From assembly GCA_963719225.1 (NCBI GenBank), contig CAVRAY010000001.1, positions 2,848,001-2,912,000 on the forward strand: a DNA stretch of 64,000 nt. Direction: 5' to 3'. The notes under the pieces are model-generated. The model worked only from the letters and a program-made list of their open reading frames with translations. It was not told where the DNA came from and made no database searches. The stretch comes from Thermoanaerobaculia bacterium. GTDB taxonomy: Bacteria; Acidobacteriota; Thermoanaerobaculia; UBA5066. This document shows positions 51,328 through 61,121 of the stretch, piece after piece. Each line of letters starts with the position of its first letter. The first letter of the stretch is position 1. The translations under genes were made by a program, and so were the position numbers.

Positions 51328-52488
51328 ACGAGCGCCGACGAATCCTCCGCCGCCTACCCGTGGCCTTTTCGAGGCGCCGAGAACCGGCGCCTCGCTGCGC
51401 TTGCGATCGCCTGGCTCGCCGCCCTCCACCTCTGGGCCGCGTTCGCCGTCCACGTGCTGCCGCTCGGCCGCCCTTCGCCCTGGGGACAGACGGCGATCCC
51501 TTACTTCGCTCGCTTCGACTCGGGCTGGTACGCCAGCATCGCGCGAGCGGGATACGGCGCGCCTCCTCCCCCGGGGACGGAATCGGCGCACGCGTTTTTC
51601 CCGCTCTATCCGATGCTCGCGCGAGGCGTCGTCCTTCTCACGGGGCTCGATCCCCTCTGGGCGCTCGCCGCGATCTCGTGGATCGCGTTCGCCTTCGCGC
51701 TGCCGCTCTTCGGGGAAGAATGCCGCGCCCGCCTCGGCCCGGAGCGTTCGAGGGGGCCGTTGCCGTTCCTCCTCCTCTATCCCGTGGCGTTCTTCTTCGC
51801 GGCGGCCTACACCGAATCGCTCTTCTTCCTGCTCCTCCTCCTCGCGTTCCGGATGATTCGGACCGAGCGCCCCCTGGCGGCGATCTTCGTCGGCCTGCTC
51901 CTCGGCCTGACGCGCGCTCCGGCAGCGGCCGTCGGCCCTGCGCTTGCTCTCGCGTACGTCCTTCGCCCCGACTGGAGGAAACGGCTGCCCGTCGCCGCCG
52001 CTCTCGCCGTCGCGCCGCTCGCGGGGGTGCTCGCGTACGTCTTCGGGATCGGGTGGTGGAAGGGAGAGCCCGGACTCTTCTTCCGTGCGATGGGTGCCTG
52101 GGAACATCGCTCGACGAGCCCCGTCGGAGGAGTCGTGTCGTTTCTCAGGGAGCAGGTCGCGCTCTTCTCGGGCGGCACCCTGTTCCGCCACCCCGGAGCG
52201 ATCGCGCCGCTCGCGCACTTCACGCTCTTCGCCATTCTGGCTGCCGTGCAGATCCAAAAGCGGCGTTTTTCCGACGCGGCCTGGACCGCGGGAGTCTTGG
52301 GCCTGGCATTCCTCACAGGCACGACGAACGGCGTGCCGCGATACACGGCGACGATCTTCCCCGGGCACATCCTGCTTTTCGAGCTCCTCGAGCACAGGCC
52401 GGGCCTCCGGACGGCGGCGCTCACGCTGTCGACGGCCCTCCTTCTCCTGCGCGCGGCTCTCTTCGTGAACTGGCACTTCGTCTCGTGA
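51328..52488 (+). CDS. PIG-V-like mannosyltransferase (GT-C); start uncertain (ACG 51328 or GTG 51454)
   Basis: RFDSGWY..IA..GY, AFFPLYP and YTESLF motifs; the frame is open and encodes a TM helix upstream of 51454. Confidence 0.85.
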   Translation, partial: TSADESSAAYPWPFRGAENRRLAALAIAWLAALHLWAAFAVHVLPLGRPSPWGQTAIPYFARFDSGWYASIARAGYGAPPPPGTESAHAFFPLYPMLARGVVLLTGLDPLWALAAISWIAFAFALPLFGEECRARLGPERSRGPLPFLLLYPVAFFFAAAYTESLFFLLLLLAFRMIRTERPLAAIFVGLLLGLTRAPAAAVGPALALAYVLRPDWRKRLPVAAALAVAPLAGVLAYVFGIGWWKGEPGLFFRAMGAWEHRSTSPVGGVVSFLREQVALFSGGTLFRHPGAIAPLAHFTLFAILAAVQIQKRRFSDAAWTAGVLGLAFLTGTTNGVPRYTATIFPGHILLFELLEHRPGLRTAALTLSTALLLLRAALFVNWHFVS

Positions 52489-52510
52489 GGGGCCGGGTAT
52501 GCTTCCGGCC

Positions 52511-53275
52511 GTGACACCGAGAGACCCCGGTCCGGGCCCGGCGGCCGCCGCGCGTCCCGCCCGCTCCGTCTCTCTCGTCGTCCCGATGTTCAACGAGGAG
52601 AAGAGCGTCACGCGCCTCCTCGACGTCGCGATTCCGGCTCTCGAGGAGCACACCGACGACTGGGAGATCGTGCTCGTGGACGACGGCTCCCGGGACGCGA
52701 CGCTTTCGCTCGCGCAGGAACGCGCCGAGAAAGAGCCCCGGTTGAAGGTGATCGCACACGCCTCGAACCGGGGGCTCGGCGGCACACTGAGAACCGGCTT
52801 CGCCGCCGCGCGGCGCGACTGGATCCTCTACAGCGACTGCGACCTGCCCTGGGACTTCGCCGAGACCGGCCGGCTCTTCCGCGCCGCCGAGATCACGGGC
52901 GCCGACGTCGTCTCCGCGTACCGGCTCGACCGCACGGGAGAAGGAGTCGTGCGCTCTCTCTATTCCTTCGTTTACAACGGCCTCGTACACCTCCTCTTCG
53001 GAATCGTGCTGCGCGACGTCAACTTCTCGTGCAAGCTGATCCGGCGGACCCTCCTCGATACCCTGACTCTCAAGAGCGAGGGGTCCTTCATCGATGCCGA
53101 GCTCCTCGCCCGCTGCGTGGCGCGCGGCGCCGTGATCCAGCAGGTGGGCCTCGACTACTTTCCCCGCACGCGCGGGCTCTCGACGCTCTCGTCCGGGCGC
53201 ACCGTGCTGACGATCCTCCGCGAAATGGCGCTTTTAGAATCCGACATCCGCGCGGAGCGCCGGGCGAAGCGTTGA
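52511..53275 (+). CDS. GT2 glycosyltransferase (polyprenol-phosphate glycosyl synthase-like)
   Basis: SLVVPMFNEE, VDDGSRD, NRGLGG and DCD motifs. Confidence 0.9.
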   Translation: MTPRDPGPGPAAAARPARSVSLVVPMFNEEKSVTRLLDVAIPALEEHTDDWEIVLVDDGSRDATLSLAQERAEKEPRLKVIAHASNRGLGGTLRTGFAAARRDWILYSDCDLPWDFAETGRLFRAAEITGADVVSAYRLDRTGEGVVRSLYSFVYNGLVHLLFGIVLRDVNFSCKLIRRTLLDTLTLKSEGSFIDAELLARCVARGAVIQQVGLDYFPRTRGLSTLSSGRTVLTILREMALLESDIRAERRAKR

Positions 53276-54120
53276 CGCGGCTCGTCCTGAACGCGGACGA
53301 CTTCGGCCTCGCGCCGGCACACGAGCGCCGCATCGCCGCGCTGCGCGCGAAGGGCCTCCTCACGGACACGAGCCTTCTCGTGAACGGCATGTCCTTCGAG
53401 GCCGCGGTCGCGGATCTTCGCGGGGCCGGCCTCTCCGAGACCGGCGTGCACCTCTGCCTGACCGGCGGCGAGAAGCCCGTGTGCGCCGCGCGCGAGATCC
53501 CGTCGCTCATCGCGGGATCCGTGTTCCGCCCCCACTGGCTTCCGGTTCTCGCCGCGCTCGCGGCCCGCCGGATTCGCCTTGCCGAGGTGGAGCGCGAATG
53601 GGAGGCGCAGGTCGCGCGGGCGACGGACGCCGGCCTCACCGTCACGCACCTCGACTCGCACCAGAACCTGCATCTGCATCCGCGGCTCTTCCCCGTCGCC
53701 GTGTCGCTCGCGCGCCGCTTCCGCGTTCCTTTCGTGCGCGCGCCCCGGGCGGACGACCCGCCGAACCGGCCCGATGCGCCGCCGGCCGCGCGTTTTCGCA
53801 CGGGCCTTCTCACGCGCCTCGGTGGCCGCGGCCGGCGGCTCCTGGAAAAGGCCGGCCTTCCCGAGCCCCCGCGCGTCCTCGGCCTCGCCGAGGCGGGGCA
53901 CATGAACGCCGCTCGGTTTCGACGCGCCGTGGCGGATCTGCCCGAGGGCGACTACGAGGTCGCGCTCCACTCCGGCGAAGAGGACGACGTCACGCGCGCG
54001 CGCTATCACCAATGGGGATACGCGTGGGACGACGAGTCTGAAGCCCTTGAATCCGGCGCGATCGCGGCGGCTCTCGCCGCCCGCGGCATCGCGGCGGTCA
54101 GCTTCGGGGAGCTCGTCTGA
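53272..54120 (+). CDS. ChbG/HpnK (YdjC) family deacetylase
   Basis: LVLNADDFG, GVHLCL and HLDSHQNLH motifs; TTG overlaps the upstream stop. Confidence 0.9.
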   Translation: MTRLVLNADDFGLAPAHERRIAALRAKGLLTDTSLLVNGMSFEAAVADLRGAGLSETGVHLCLTGGEKPVCAAREIPSLIAGSVFRPHWLPVLAALAARRIRLAEVEREWEAQVARATDAGLTVTHLDSHQNLHLHPRLFPVAVSLARRFRVPFVRAPRADDPPNRPDAPPAARFRTGLLTRLGGRGRRLLEKAGLPEPPRVLGLAEAGHMNAARFRRAVADLPEGDYEVALHSGEEDDVTRARYHQWGYAWDDESEALESGAIAAALAARGIAAVSFGELV

Positions 54121-54169
54121 AAAATGAGGGCTGGTGAGGAGTTCCGAGACCACTCGCACCGCAGGATTG

Positions 54170-54433
54170 ATGCCCGTCCCGTTACTGTTGTCCGTCTGTG
54201 CCTCGTGGGCGGCACGGAGCGTCACGTCGGTTCTGACGGTCGCTCTGCTCATGGGCCCGGCCGGCGCATCAGGAGGATCCGACAGCCCAATTACCTTCGA
54301 CAGAATCGGCGTCGTGCAGCGCGTGGTCTACATCCGGGCTGGCCGCCTCCCGGCTGTCGAATACGTGGAGGGATGCCTCTGAGGCGATGCCTTGATCGTC
54401 ACGGCTGGCTCCACCGGATCAGGGGCCGTATGA
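54170..54433 (+). pseudogene. Possible gene remnant (signal-peptide-like ORF with an internal TGA)
   Basis: MPVPLLLSVC...EGCL*GDALIVTAGSTGSGAV*; atypical codon use. Confidence 0.25.
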
Positions 54434-54467
54434 GCACCTCGCCCGCGCAAGCCCCCTGCTAGTCACA

Positions 54468-54677
54468 TCAGGCAGCTGCCGTTGCGAGATTCAGGCGCAG
54501 CTTCTTGGGGTCGGCGTCGTAGTTCAGCTTCTCGAACCCGATGACGCGGCCCTGGCGGTCCTTCATCAGGATCACCTCGTCGCCCGTTTCCTCGCACACG
54601 TACTCGTCCGACGGCCGGCCGAACCAGACCGTCAGCGTCCGGGCCTTTGCGTCGTGGAATACCTTCACCTCGTCCAT
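54468..54677 (-). CDS. DUF2283 family small protein (putative antitoxin)
   Basis: D..A.TLTVWF, ETGDEVILMKD..G.VIGFE; SD AAGGAGG. Confidence 0.8.
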   Translation of the reverse strand: MDEVKVFHDAKARTLTVWFGRPSDEYVCEETGDEVILMKDRQGRVIGFEKLNYDADPKKLRLNLATAAA

Positions 54678-54997
54678 CGCCGTTCTCCCTCCTTGATCGC
54701 GTCCGTCGGATAGGCCGTGACCAGGAAGCCGTCTTCATTATCGACCTTCTTGACGACCGCCGAAAGCCAACGCCCCGGCTTCTCCCGGACATAGAAGAGA
54801 AAAACCATGGGATCGTGCTTGCTTTGTCGAATCTCCTCCGGTTCCGAAAGCACGCCAAGCACGTCTCTTTCCCGCCTAGCCATCACAGGGTGCTTCTCCG
54901 AGACGATCTTCTCCCATTGCCTTTTCGTTACGCGGACGTCAAAACCCAGCCGCGTCGTTACGACAAAGAGTGTGGCGTCTGGATCTTCGTTAGCCAT
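54665..54997 (-). CDS. DUF4258/BECR-fold-like putative nuclease toxin
   Basis: VRVT..QW..I...HP, P.EIRQS and GFLVTAY motifs; overlaps the DUF2283 gene. Confidence 0.7.
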   Translation of the reverse strand: MANEDPDATLFVVTTRLGFDVRVTKRQWEKIVSEKHPVMARRERDVLGVLSEPEEIRQSKHDPMVFLFYVREKPGRWLSAVVKKVDNEDGFLVTAYPTDAIKEGERRWTR

Positions 54998-55412
54998 GCC
55001 GCTTCTTCTTCATGGATATGGGATCGCCGTCGCCGCCAGGTCCGGGAAGTCGGCACGCATGCGAAACCAGATAGCGATTGTCCGCGAAGGTCCGATACGC
55101 CCGGTCGAAGATGCGCCGTAGAAGCGGCGCCACCGAGAACAGGTAGAGCGGGTACGCCCACCAGATCCGCCGCATCACGTGGCGGTACACGTCCGCGCCG
55201 CGCACCTGCCTGCCGTCTTCAAGCAACAGGCGCAGATCGGACAGGAGGTCCTCCTGTGGAACACCCAGTTTTCGCGCAACCCACTCACTTTGAAGCGGTG
55301 CGATGTCAAAGCCCCTCTTGCGAAGCGTATTCGCCCAGAACGGAACCCATCGCCGGCAGAACCCGCAGGAGTCGTCATACAGAACCCAGCCGATGGGCCC
55401 TTCCTCCCTCAT
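54990..55412 (-). CDS. DCC1-like (DUF393) thiol-disulfide oxidoreductase
   Basis: VLYDDSCGFC, APLQS and Y..FADNRY motifs. Confidence 0.88.
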   Translation of the reverse strand: MREEGPIGWVLYDDSCGFCRRWVPFWANTLRKRGFDIAPLQSEWVARKLGVPQEDLLSDLRLLLEDGRQVRGADVYRHVMRRIWWAYPLYLFSVAPLLRRIFDRAYRTFADNRYLVSHACRLPGPGGDGDPISMKKKRHG

Positions 55413-55438
55413 CTGTCCCTGCGAGCGCGAAGGCGTTT

Positions 55439-56725
55439 TCACGCGAAAAGCGCCTCCCACGCTTCCCAGAATCCCGGCCACGACTTCGCGACGACATCTG
55501 GATCGTCCAGCGTCGAACCTCGAGGCAACGCGAGCGCGAGGACGGCGGCCGACATGGCGACGCGGTGATCTCCGTGCGCCACGAATGCCGCCGCTCGCGG
55601 GAAACCCGTCGGGCCGTCCACGACGAGGACGGGGCCGTGCCTGTCTCTCTCCTCACGCGCCGCCGCGCCCGCGCGCGCGAGCAGATCGAGCGCGGCCGCG
55701 AGGCGGTCGGACTCCTTTTCGCGGAGGCGCGCGACGCCCGTCAGGCGCGACGTGCCGCCCGCGAAGGCGACGAGCGCCGCGAGCGGGAGCGCGGCATCCG
55801 GCGCGGCGTCGACGTCCGCGTCGACCGGAAGAAGCGCGCGCGCGCCGCCGTCCGGCCCCGCGACCGTAAGCGCCTCCTCGCCATCCGGCGCTTGCTCCCA
55901 CCCGAGCGTTCCGCCCGCGGCAGCCGCCCACGCCCGGAAGGCCGCGTCCGGCTGCTCCGAGTCGCGCGCGAGGCCGCGCAGCGTCACGCGTCCTCCGGAG
56001 ACGAGCGCGCCCGCGATGGGAAAGCAGGCGGCCGAATCGTCGCCGCTCACGCGAAAGCGCGCCGGTCGGTAGCCGCCGCCCGAAGACGCGCCGAATCCGT
56101 CGAGGACGCGCCGGGTCAGAGCGAGATACGACGCCGACGAAACCTGCCCTTCGACCTCCATCTCGATGCCGTCCGGAACGACGGGCGACACGAGCATGAG
56201 GGCCGACAGGAATTGCGAAGAGACGTCGCCGCGGATCTTCACGCGCCCGCCGCGCAGCGAGCCGCCGCGGATCGCGGCGGGAAGGAAGCCTTCGCGCACG
56301 AGACACGTCACGTCTCCACTCAGGGTTCGGATTGCTTCGAAGAGAGGGCCCATGGGGCGCTCGCGCAGGCGAGTCGTGCCGTCCAGGACGTAACGGCCGG
56401 GGATCGCTGCGAGGAGGGCGGCGAGGAAGCGCGCCGGCGTGCCCGCATCTCCGACGTCGACGGTCAACTCCGCCGCCGCATCGCCGCGGGGACGCAGCGG
56501 TCCGCGCACCCGCCAACTCACACCTTCTAAGAAAATTTCCGCTCCCAGGAGCCTCAGCGCCGCCGCGAGCGCTCGCGTGTCTGTCGAATCCAGCGGATCG
56601 AGCAGCTCGCTCTCGCCTTCCGCGAGCGCCGCGGCGGCGAGCGCACGGTTCGTCAGGCTCTTGCTGCCCGGGACGCGGAGACTTCCGGCGAGACGGCCTC
56701 CCGGAAGGAGTCGGGGAACGTTCAA
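55439..56725 (-). CDS. aroA: 3-phosphoshikimate 1-carboxyvinyltransferase
   Basis: PGSKSLTNR, AGTPARF, SSQFLSAL, KESDRL, DHRVAM and KSWP motifs; TTG overlaps the upstream stop. Confidence 0.96.
   Translation of the reverse strand: MNVPRLLPGGRLAGSLRVPGSKSLTNRALAAAALAEGESELLDPLDSTDTRALAAALRLLGAEIFLEGVSWRVRGPLRPRGDAAAELTVDVGDAGTPARFLAALLAAIPGRYVLDGTTRLRERPMGPLFEAIRTLSGDVTCLVREGFLPAAIRGGSLRGGRVKIRGDVSSQFLSALMLVSPVVPDGIEMEVEGQVSSASYLALTRRVLDGFGASSGGGYRPARFRVSGDDSAACFPIAGALVSGGRVTLRGLARDSEQPDAAFRAWAAAAGGTLGWEQAPDGEEALTVAGPDGGARALLPVDADVDAAPDAALPLAALVAFAGGTSRLTGVARLREKESDRLAAALDLLARAGAAAREERDRHGPVLVVDGPTGFPRAAAFVAHGDHRVAMSAAVLALALPRGSTLDDPDVVAKSWPGFWEAWEALFA
56521..56540 (-). repeat. Dispersed motif copy inside aroA
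   Basis: CACCTTCTAAGAAAATTTCC, translated EIFLEGV with a TTA codon. Confidence 0.8.
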
Positions 56726-57543
56726 GAGCCGGCTGCGGAGACCGGCGCCGGACCGCCCGTCTCGAGCGCGCCGAACCCGCGGCGGACCGCACGCGCGGCG
56801 GTTTCTTCCTCGACGATCGTGAGCGCACCGTCCGGTGCGATCTCGGCGTGCTTCCTCTCCTCGAGCCACGCGGGCAGGACGTGCGTGACGGACCCCTCGC
56901 CCGTCAAAGTCCGCGCCACGTGGAAGTGGCCCACGAGGAGCGCGTCGTATCCCGCCCGACGCGCGGCGCGGCCCTCGGCGAGGAGCGCGGCCTCGGGGAG
57001 CTTCTCCTTGTGCTTGAAGTTCGAGCGGTAGAGCCGGGCCTCGGTTCGCGAGACGATCGCGCGCGCCAGGGAGCCGGGAATCGCCTTCAGCGCGGCGTGC
57101 GCGACCGGATTCTTCGAAACCACCCGCCAGAACCGGTACGGCAGGTCGGCGGTGTTCACGCGATCTCCATGGACGAACGCGTAAGCCGACGGACCCACGC
57201 GAATCCCGTCGGTCAGCGCCCAGGACGCAAAAGGCGCGGCATAGGGCGATCCGGCGACGAAAAAATCGCGGTTCCCCTCGACGTACCGGAGCGAAAGTCC
57301 GCGTGACGCGACTCCTTGCAGTCCATCAAGCGTCTTTCTGAGGAGCGGGGTCTCGAGCTTGGAGTCGCCGATGAAGTAATGAAAGATGTCGCCGAGGAGG
57401 ACGGCCGTCGAAAATCCGCTCCTTCTCACCCCCTCGAGCGCCTCGAGAAAATCCTCCGCATCCCGCTCCACCTGCCCGAGATGTGCATCCGCGAAGACGG
57501 CCACGCCGCCCGCGACCTGCAGAGGTTGAGGAAAGTGCGTCAC
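56722..57543 (-). CDS. lpxH: UDP-2,3-diacylglucosamine diphosphatase-like metallophosphoesterase
   Basis: DAHLG, GDIFH, GNRDF, HGD and GHFH motifs. Confidence 0.8.
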   Translation of the reverse strand: MTHFPQPLQVAGGVAVFADAHLGQVERDAEDFLEALEGVRRSGFSTAVLLGDIFHYFIGDSKLETPLLRKTLDGLQGVASRGLSLRYVEGNRDFFVAGSPYAAPFASWALTDGIRVGPSAYAFVHGDRVNTADLPYRFWRVVSKNPVAHAALKAIPGSLARAIVSRTEARLYRSNFKHKEKLPEAALLAEGRAARRAGYDALLVGHFHVARTLTGEGSVTHVLPAWLEERKHAEIAPDGALTIVEEETAARAVRRGFGALETGGPAPVSAAGS

Positions 57544-57615
57544 GGTGAGATCTTACCGGCTGAGATCACTTCGGGCACGCCGGTTGCACGGGACGTCGTG
57601 TCCCGTGCCCTCCAG

Positions 57616-60603
57616 ATGAACGTTCGAGCCCTTTACCGGTCCGCGGCCGTCGCCGCACTCGCCCTTGCGTCTCTCTCGGCGCAGGCGGCGGTCGTCTCGT
57701 CCGAGGTCGAAGCGCGCGCGAGGTCCGGACAGTCGCGGATTCCGATCCTCGTATCGCTTCGGGCAGGGGCGGAGCGTCCGGGCCTGACGCTGACTCGCCG
57801 CCTCGTGAACGCGAACGTCGTCGCGGGCTGGGCGACGCCGGCGGACATCGCCGCACTCGCCGCGCATCCGGACATTCTCCACGTCGGTTTCGATCGCCTC
57901 GTCCGGCCGGCAGGACAGATCGGAACGGCGCAGATGGGAGCGGACAGGTTGCTCGGTCTCGGCGTAACGGGACTGGGCCGGAGCGTCGCGATCGTCGATA
58001 GCGGAATCGACCTCGCCCATCCCGACCTGAAGCCGCCGACGACGTCGGGCTGGCCCGGATGGAACTTCGCCGACGACAACGGGGACCTCGCCGACTGCAA
58101 CGGCCACGGGACGGAGGTCGCCGGGGTGGTCGCAGGACCTCAGGGCGTCGCGCCGGAGGCGGGCCTCGTCGTCCTGAAGGTCTTCAGCCTCAACGACGGA
58201 TGCCGCAATACGCGCGCATCGGACGTCCTCGCCGCCGTCGACTGGGCCGTCTCCAACCGCGACGCCTGGAGCATCGAGGCCATCAACCTCAGCCTCGCCG
58301 ACGATTCCTCCCACAGCGGCTTTTGCGACGCGGACGACCCCGCCGGCGCGGCGACGTTCGCCGCCGTACGCGCGGCCGGCCTCGCCGCCGTGGCCGCCTC
58401 TGGAAACGACGGCAAGTCCTCCGGGCTGCCCTGGCCCGCGTGTCTCTCGAACGTGGCCGCGGTCGGGATGGTGTACTCCGCCTCCTCGGGCAGCGTGGCG
58501 TGGAGCGGCCCTCCCTCGTGCGAGGACTCCCTTTCCGGTCCCGACGTCGTGCCGTGTGCAAGCTCGTCGGGCCCGGGCCTTTCGATGCTCGCGCCGGGTG
58601 TCGGATGGACGACGACCGCTTCGGGAGGCGGCCGGACCGCAATCTTCTCCGGCACGTCGGCGTCGGCGCCGGCCGCGACCGCCGCCGTCCTGCTCACGCG
58701 ACAGGCCCGGCCGCTGGCGGATCCGGCGCTCGCGTTCGACCTCCTGCGCGCCACCGGCGTTCCCGTTCTCGACAACCGCACGGACCGCATCACGCCTCGC
58801 CTCGATCTTTCCGCGGCCCTGAACGCGACGAGTCCCGTCGGCTCGTGCGCGGACACGGCAATTCCCGACGGCACGGGAGAGCTCGTCTGCGAGGCCTCCA
58901 TCTCGGCGTTGACGGGCCGCGTGTCCTCGGTCGCCGTCGCCCTGTCGGTCGACCATCCCGACATTTCGCAGCTCATCGTGTCGCTGAGCGGTCCCGACGG
59001 GACGAACATCCTGCTCATGAACCGCGGCGGGCGGCGGGGGGACGCGCTGCGCGAGGTTTTCGGCCGCACGAAAGAGCCTCTCGAGCCTCTCTCGGCCTTC
59101 GCGGGCCGGCCGGCCGCGGGCGCGTGGCGGCTTCGCATTCTCGACGCAGCGCCCGGCGCCGGCGCGGGACGCGTCGTCTCGTGGGCTCTCCTCGTCGAGC
59201 CGGAGGCCCCGGCCGGCGATGCGCCTTTTTCGTTTGCCACGGGGGTGATCGCGTCCTCCGCCCACTCGATCGGCAGGCTCGGCGCGTTCTTCACGACGGA
59301 CCTCCGCCTCTTCAACACGGATCCGGCGAATCCCCGCACGGTCTCCCTGAGGTTCCAGCCGGCGGACGCCAGCCCGGCGCGCACCGTCTCGCTGACCCTG
59401 GCGCCGCTCTCCGCGCGCGCTCTCGACGACGTCCTCGGCAACACGTTCCGCACGTCGGGTTACGGACCGCTGTTCCTCTCCGGGCCGGCGTCCGTGATTG
59501 CCGCATCGCACACCGCCACGACCGCCGTGCGCGGAGGCTCTTTCGGCCTCTCGATTCCGTCGGCACGACCTTCCGCAGCGGCCGGGACCGGCTCGACGCT
59601 CACGCTCGTGCCCGTCTTCCGCAACACGGGCTTTCGCGTGAACGTCGGTCTCACCGAGGTTACGGGCCAGGAGGTCGTGGCCGAGATCGTAGTGAAGGAC
59701 GGGCACGGTGCGGTGCGTGCCGTGCTCCCCCAGACGGTCCCGGGCGGAGGACTCCAGCAGGTGAACGACGTCTACACGGTCGCGCACCTCCTCCCGGACG
59801 CCGCGGACCGATTCGAGATTCGTGTCGTCTCCGGCACGGGACGGGTCATTCCCTTCGCGACTCCGGTCGACGACTCCTCGAACGACGGAGCGTTCGCGGG
59901 GGCCGCGGTGGCGGGCTCGGACCTCCTCATCCCCGCGGTCGCCCGGGCCGATGGGCGCTTCGGCGCGCGCTACGTGACCGACCTGAAGGTCGCGAACACA
60001 GGAGCGTCGCCGGCTCGCGTGAAGGTCTCCCTCTTCGCCACGACGGGGGGAGCTTTCTCCCCGGTGCTCGTCACGCTCGCCGGCGGCGAGACGCGCTTTC
60101 TGGACGATGCCCTCGGCCAGCTCTTCTCTCCGGCCGCGGACGTATCGGGGGCGCTGCGCCTCACCGCGCTCGACGGCGCCGCCATCTTCGCCTCGAGCCG
60201 CACGTACACGCTCGACGGCACCCGAAGCTACGGGGTCGCGATCGAGCCGCTCTCCGGCGCCGGCGAAGCGGGCCCGGGGCGAACGCTCGCGCTCACTTTC
60301 CTGTCGGGCTCCTCGCGTCAGCGCACGAACGTCGGGTTCGTCGAGACGGCCGGCCGAGCGACGAGCCTCCGCGTCTCGCTCCTGACCTCGTACGGCGTCG
60401 CGGTCGCGACGCGCGCGCTCACCCTCGGCCCGAACGAGGCGGTCCAGTGGAGCGACGTTTTCGCGGAGATGTCGACGCCGGCCCTCGAGCAGGCGTCTCT
60501 CCTCGTCGACGTCCTTGACGGCGGCACCGCGACGGCCTGGGCGACGCTCGTCGACAACCGCACGAACGACGGCAGCTACTTTCCGGCGACGCTCGTCCCC
60601 TGA
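57616..60603 (+). CDS. Secreted S8 subtilase with a proprotein-convertase P domain and a duplicated C-terminal module
   Basis: Signal peptide; AIVDSG, HGTEVAG and GTSASAP triad; H...L.V.L..PDG...G.W.L.I.D P-domain. Confidence 0.9.
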   Translation: MNVRALYRSAAVAALALASLSAQAAVVSSEVEARARSGQSRIPILVSLRAGAERPGLTLTRRLVNANVVAGWATPADIAALAAHPDILHVGFDRLVRPAGQIGTAQMGADRLLGLGVTGLGRSVAIVDSGIDLAHPDLKPPTTSGWPGWNFADDNGDLADCNGHGTEVAGVVAGPQGVAPEAGLVVLKVFSLNDGCRNTRASDVLAAVDWAVSNRDAWSIEAINLSLADDSSHSGFCDADDPAGAATFAAVRAAGLAAVAASGNDGKSSGLPWPACLSNVAAVGMVYSASSGSVAWSGPPSCEDSLSGPDVVPCASSSGPGLSMLAPGVGWTTTASGGGRTAIFSGTSASAPAATAAVLLTRQARPLADPALAFDLLRATGVPVLDNRTDRITPRLDLSAALNATSPVGSCADTAIPDGTGELVCEASISALTGRVSSVAVALSVDHPDISQLIVSLSGPDGTNILLMNRGGRRGDALREVFGRTKEPLEPLSAFAGRPAAGAWRLRILDAAPGAGAGRVVSWALLVEPEAPAGDAPFSFATGVIASSAHSIGRLGAFFTTDLRLFNTDPANPRTVSLRFQPADASPARTVSLTLAPLSARALDDVLGNTFRTSGYGPLFLSGPASVIAASHTATTAVRGGSFGLSIPSARPSAAAGTGSTLTLVPVFRNTGFRVNVGLTEVTGQEVVAEIVVKDGHGAVRAVLPQTVPGGGLQQVNDVYTVAHLLPDAADRFEIRVVSGTGRVIPFATPVDDSSNDGAFAGAAVAGSDLLIPAVARADGRFGARYVTDLKVANTGASPARVKVSLFATTGGAFSPVLVTLAGGETRFLDDALGQLFSPAADVSGALRLTALDGAAIFASSRTYTLDGTRSYGVAIEPLSGAGEAGPGRTLALTFLSGSSRQRTNVGFVETAGRATSLRVSLLTSYGVAVATRALTLGPNEAVQWSDVFAEMSTPALEQASLLVDVLDGGTATAWATLVDNRTNDGSYFPATLVP

Positions 60604-60646
60604 AACGCTGCTCCGCGTCATTCGGGCGGACGTAGACTTCCCCGCC

Positions 60647-61084
60647 ATGAAGATCTCTCTCGGCTGCGACCACGCCGGCTTCCGGTACAAAGAGAAAATC
60701 AAGACGCACCTTCTCAACTTGGGTCATGAGATCAAGGACTGCGGCACGTTCTCGGCCGACATGGTGGACTATCCCGTGTTCGTCCGGCCCGCCGCCGAGG
60801 CGGTCGCCGGCGGCGAATGCGCGCGCGGAATCGTCCTGGGCGGCTCGGGAAACGGCGAGGCCATCTGCGCGAACAAGGTCCGCGGGGTGCGCTGCGCGCT
60901 GTGCTGGAACGAGGCGACCGCGAAAGCCTGCCGCGAGCACAACGACGCGAACGTCCTCTCCCTCGGCGAACGGATGATCCCCCTGGAGACGGCGCTCGCG
61001 ATCGTCCGGATCTTCCTCGAGACGCCGTTCGAGCCGGGTGCCGGCGGCGGCCGCCACGCCCGCCGCATCGCGATGCTCGAATGA
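60647..61084 (+). CDS. rpiB: Ribose-5-phosphate isomerase B
   Basis: GCDHAG, VDYP, GSGNGE, REHNDAN and GGRHARR motifs. Confidence 0.95.
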   Translation: MKISLGCDHAGFRYKEKIKTHLLNLGHEIKDCGTFSADMVDYPVFVRPAAEAVAGGECARGIVLGGSGNGEAICANKVRGVRCALCWNEATAKACREHNDANVLSLGERMIPLETALAIVRIFLETPFEPGAGGGRHARRIAMLE

Positions 61085-61121
61085 TCCGTCGCGGGCGCGG
61101 TCCTGCTATCGTCCGCCGCCC

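Noticed and set aside
50538-51329. N-terminal extension making the sigma54 activator 1581 aa
   Set aside because: It overlaps the methyltransferase on the same strand in another frame; GTG 50537 has a GGAGG SD.
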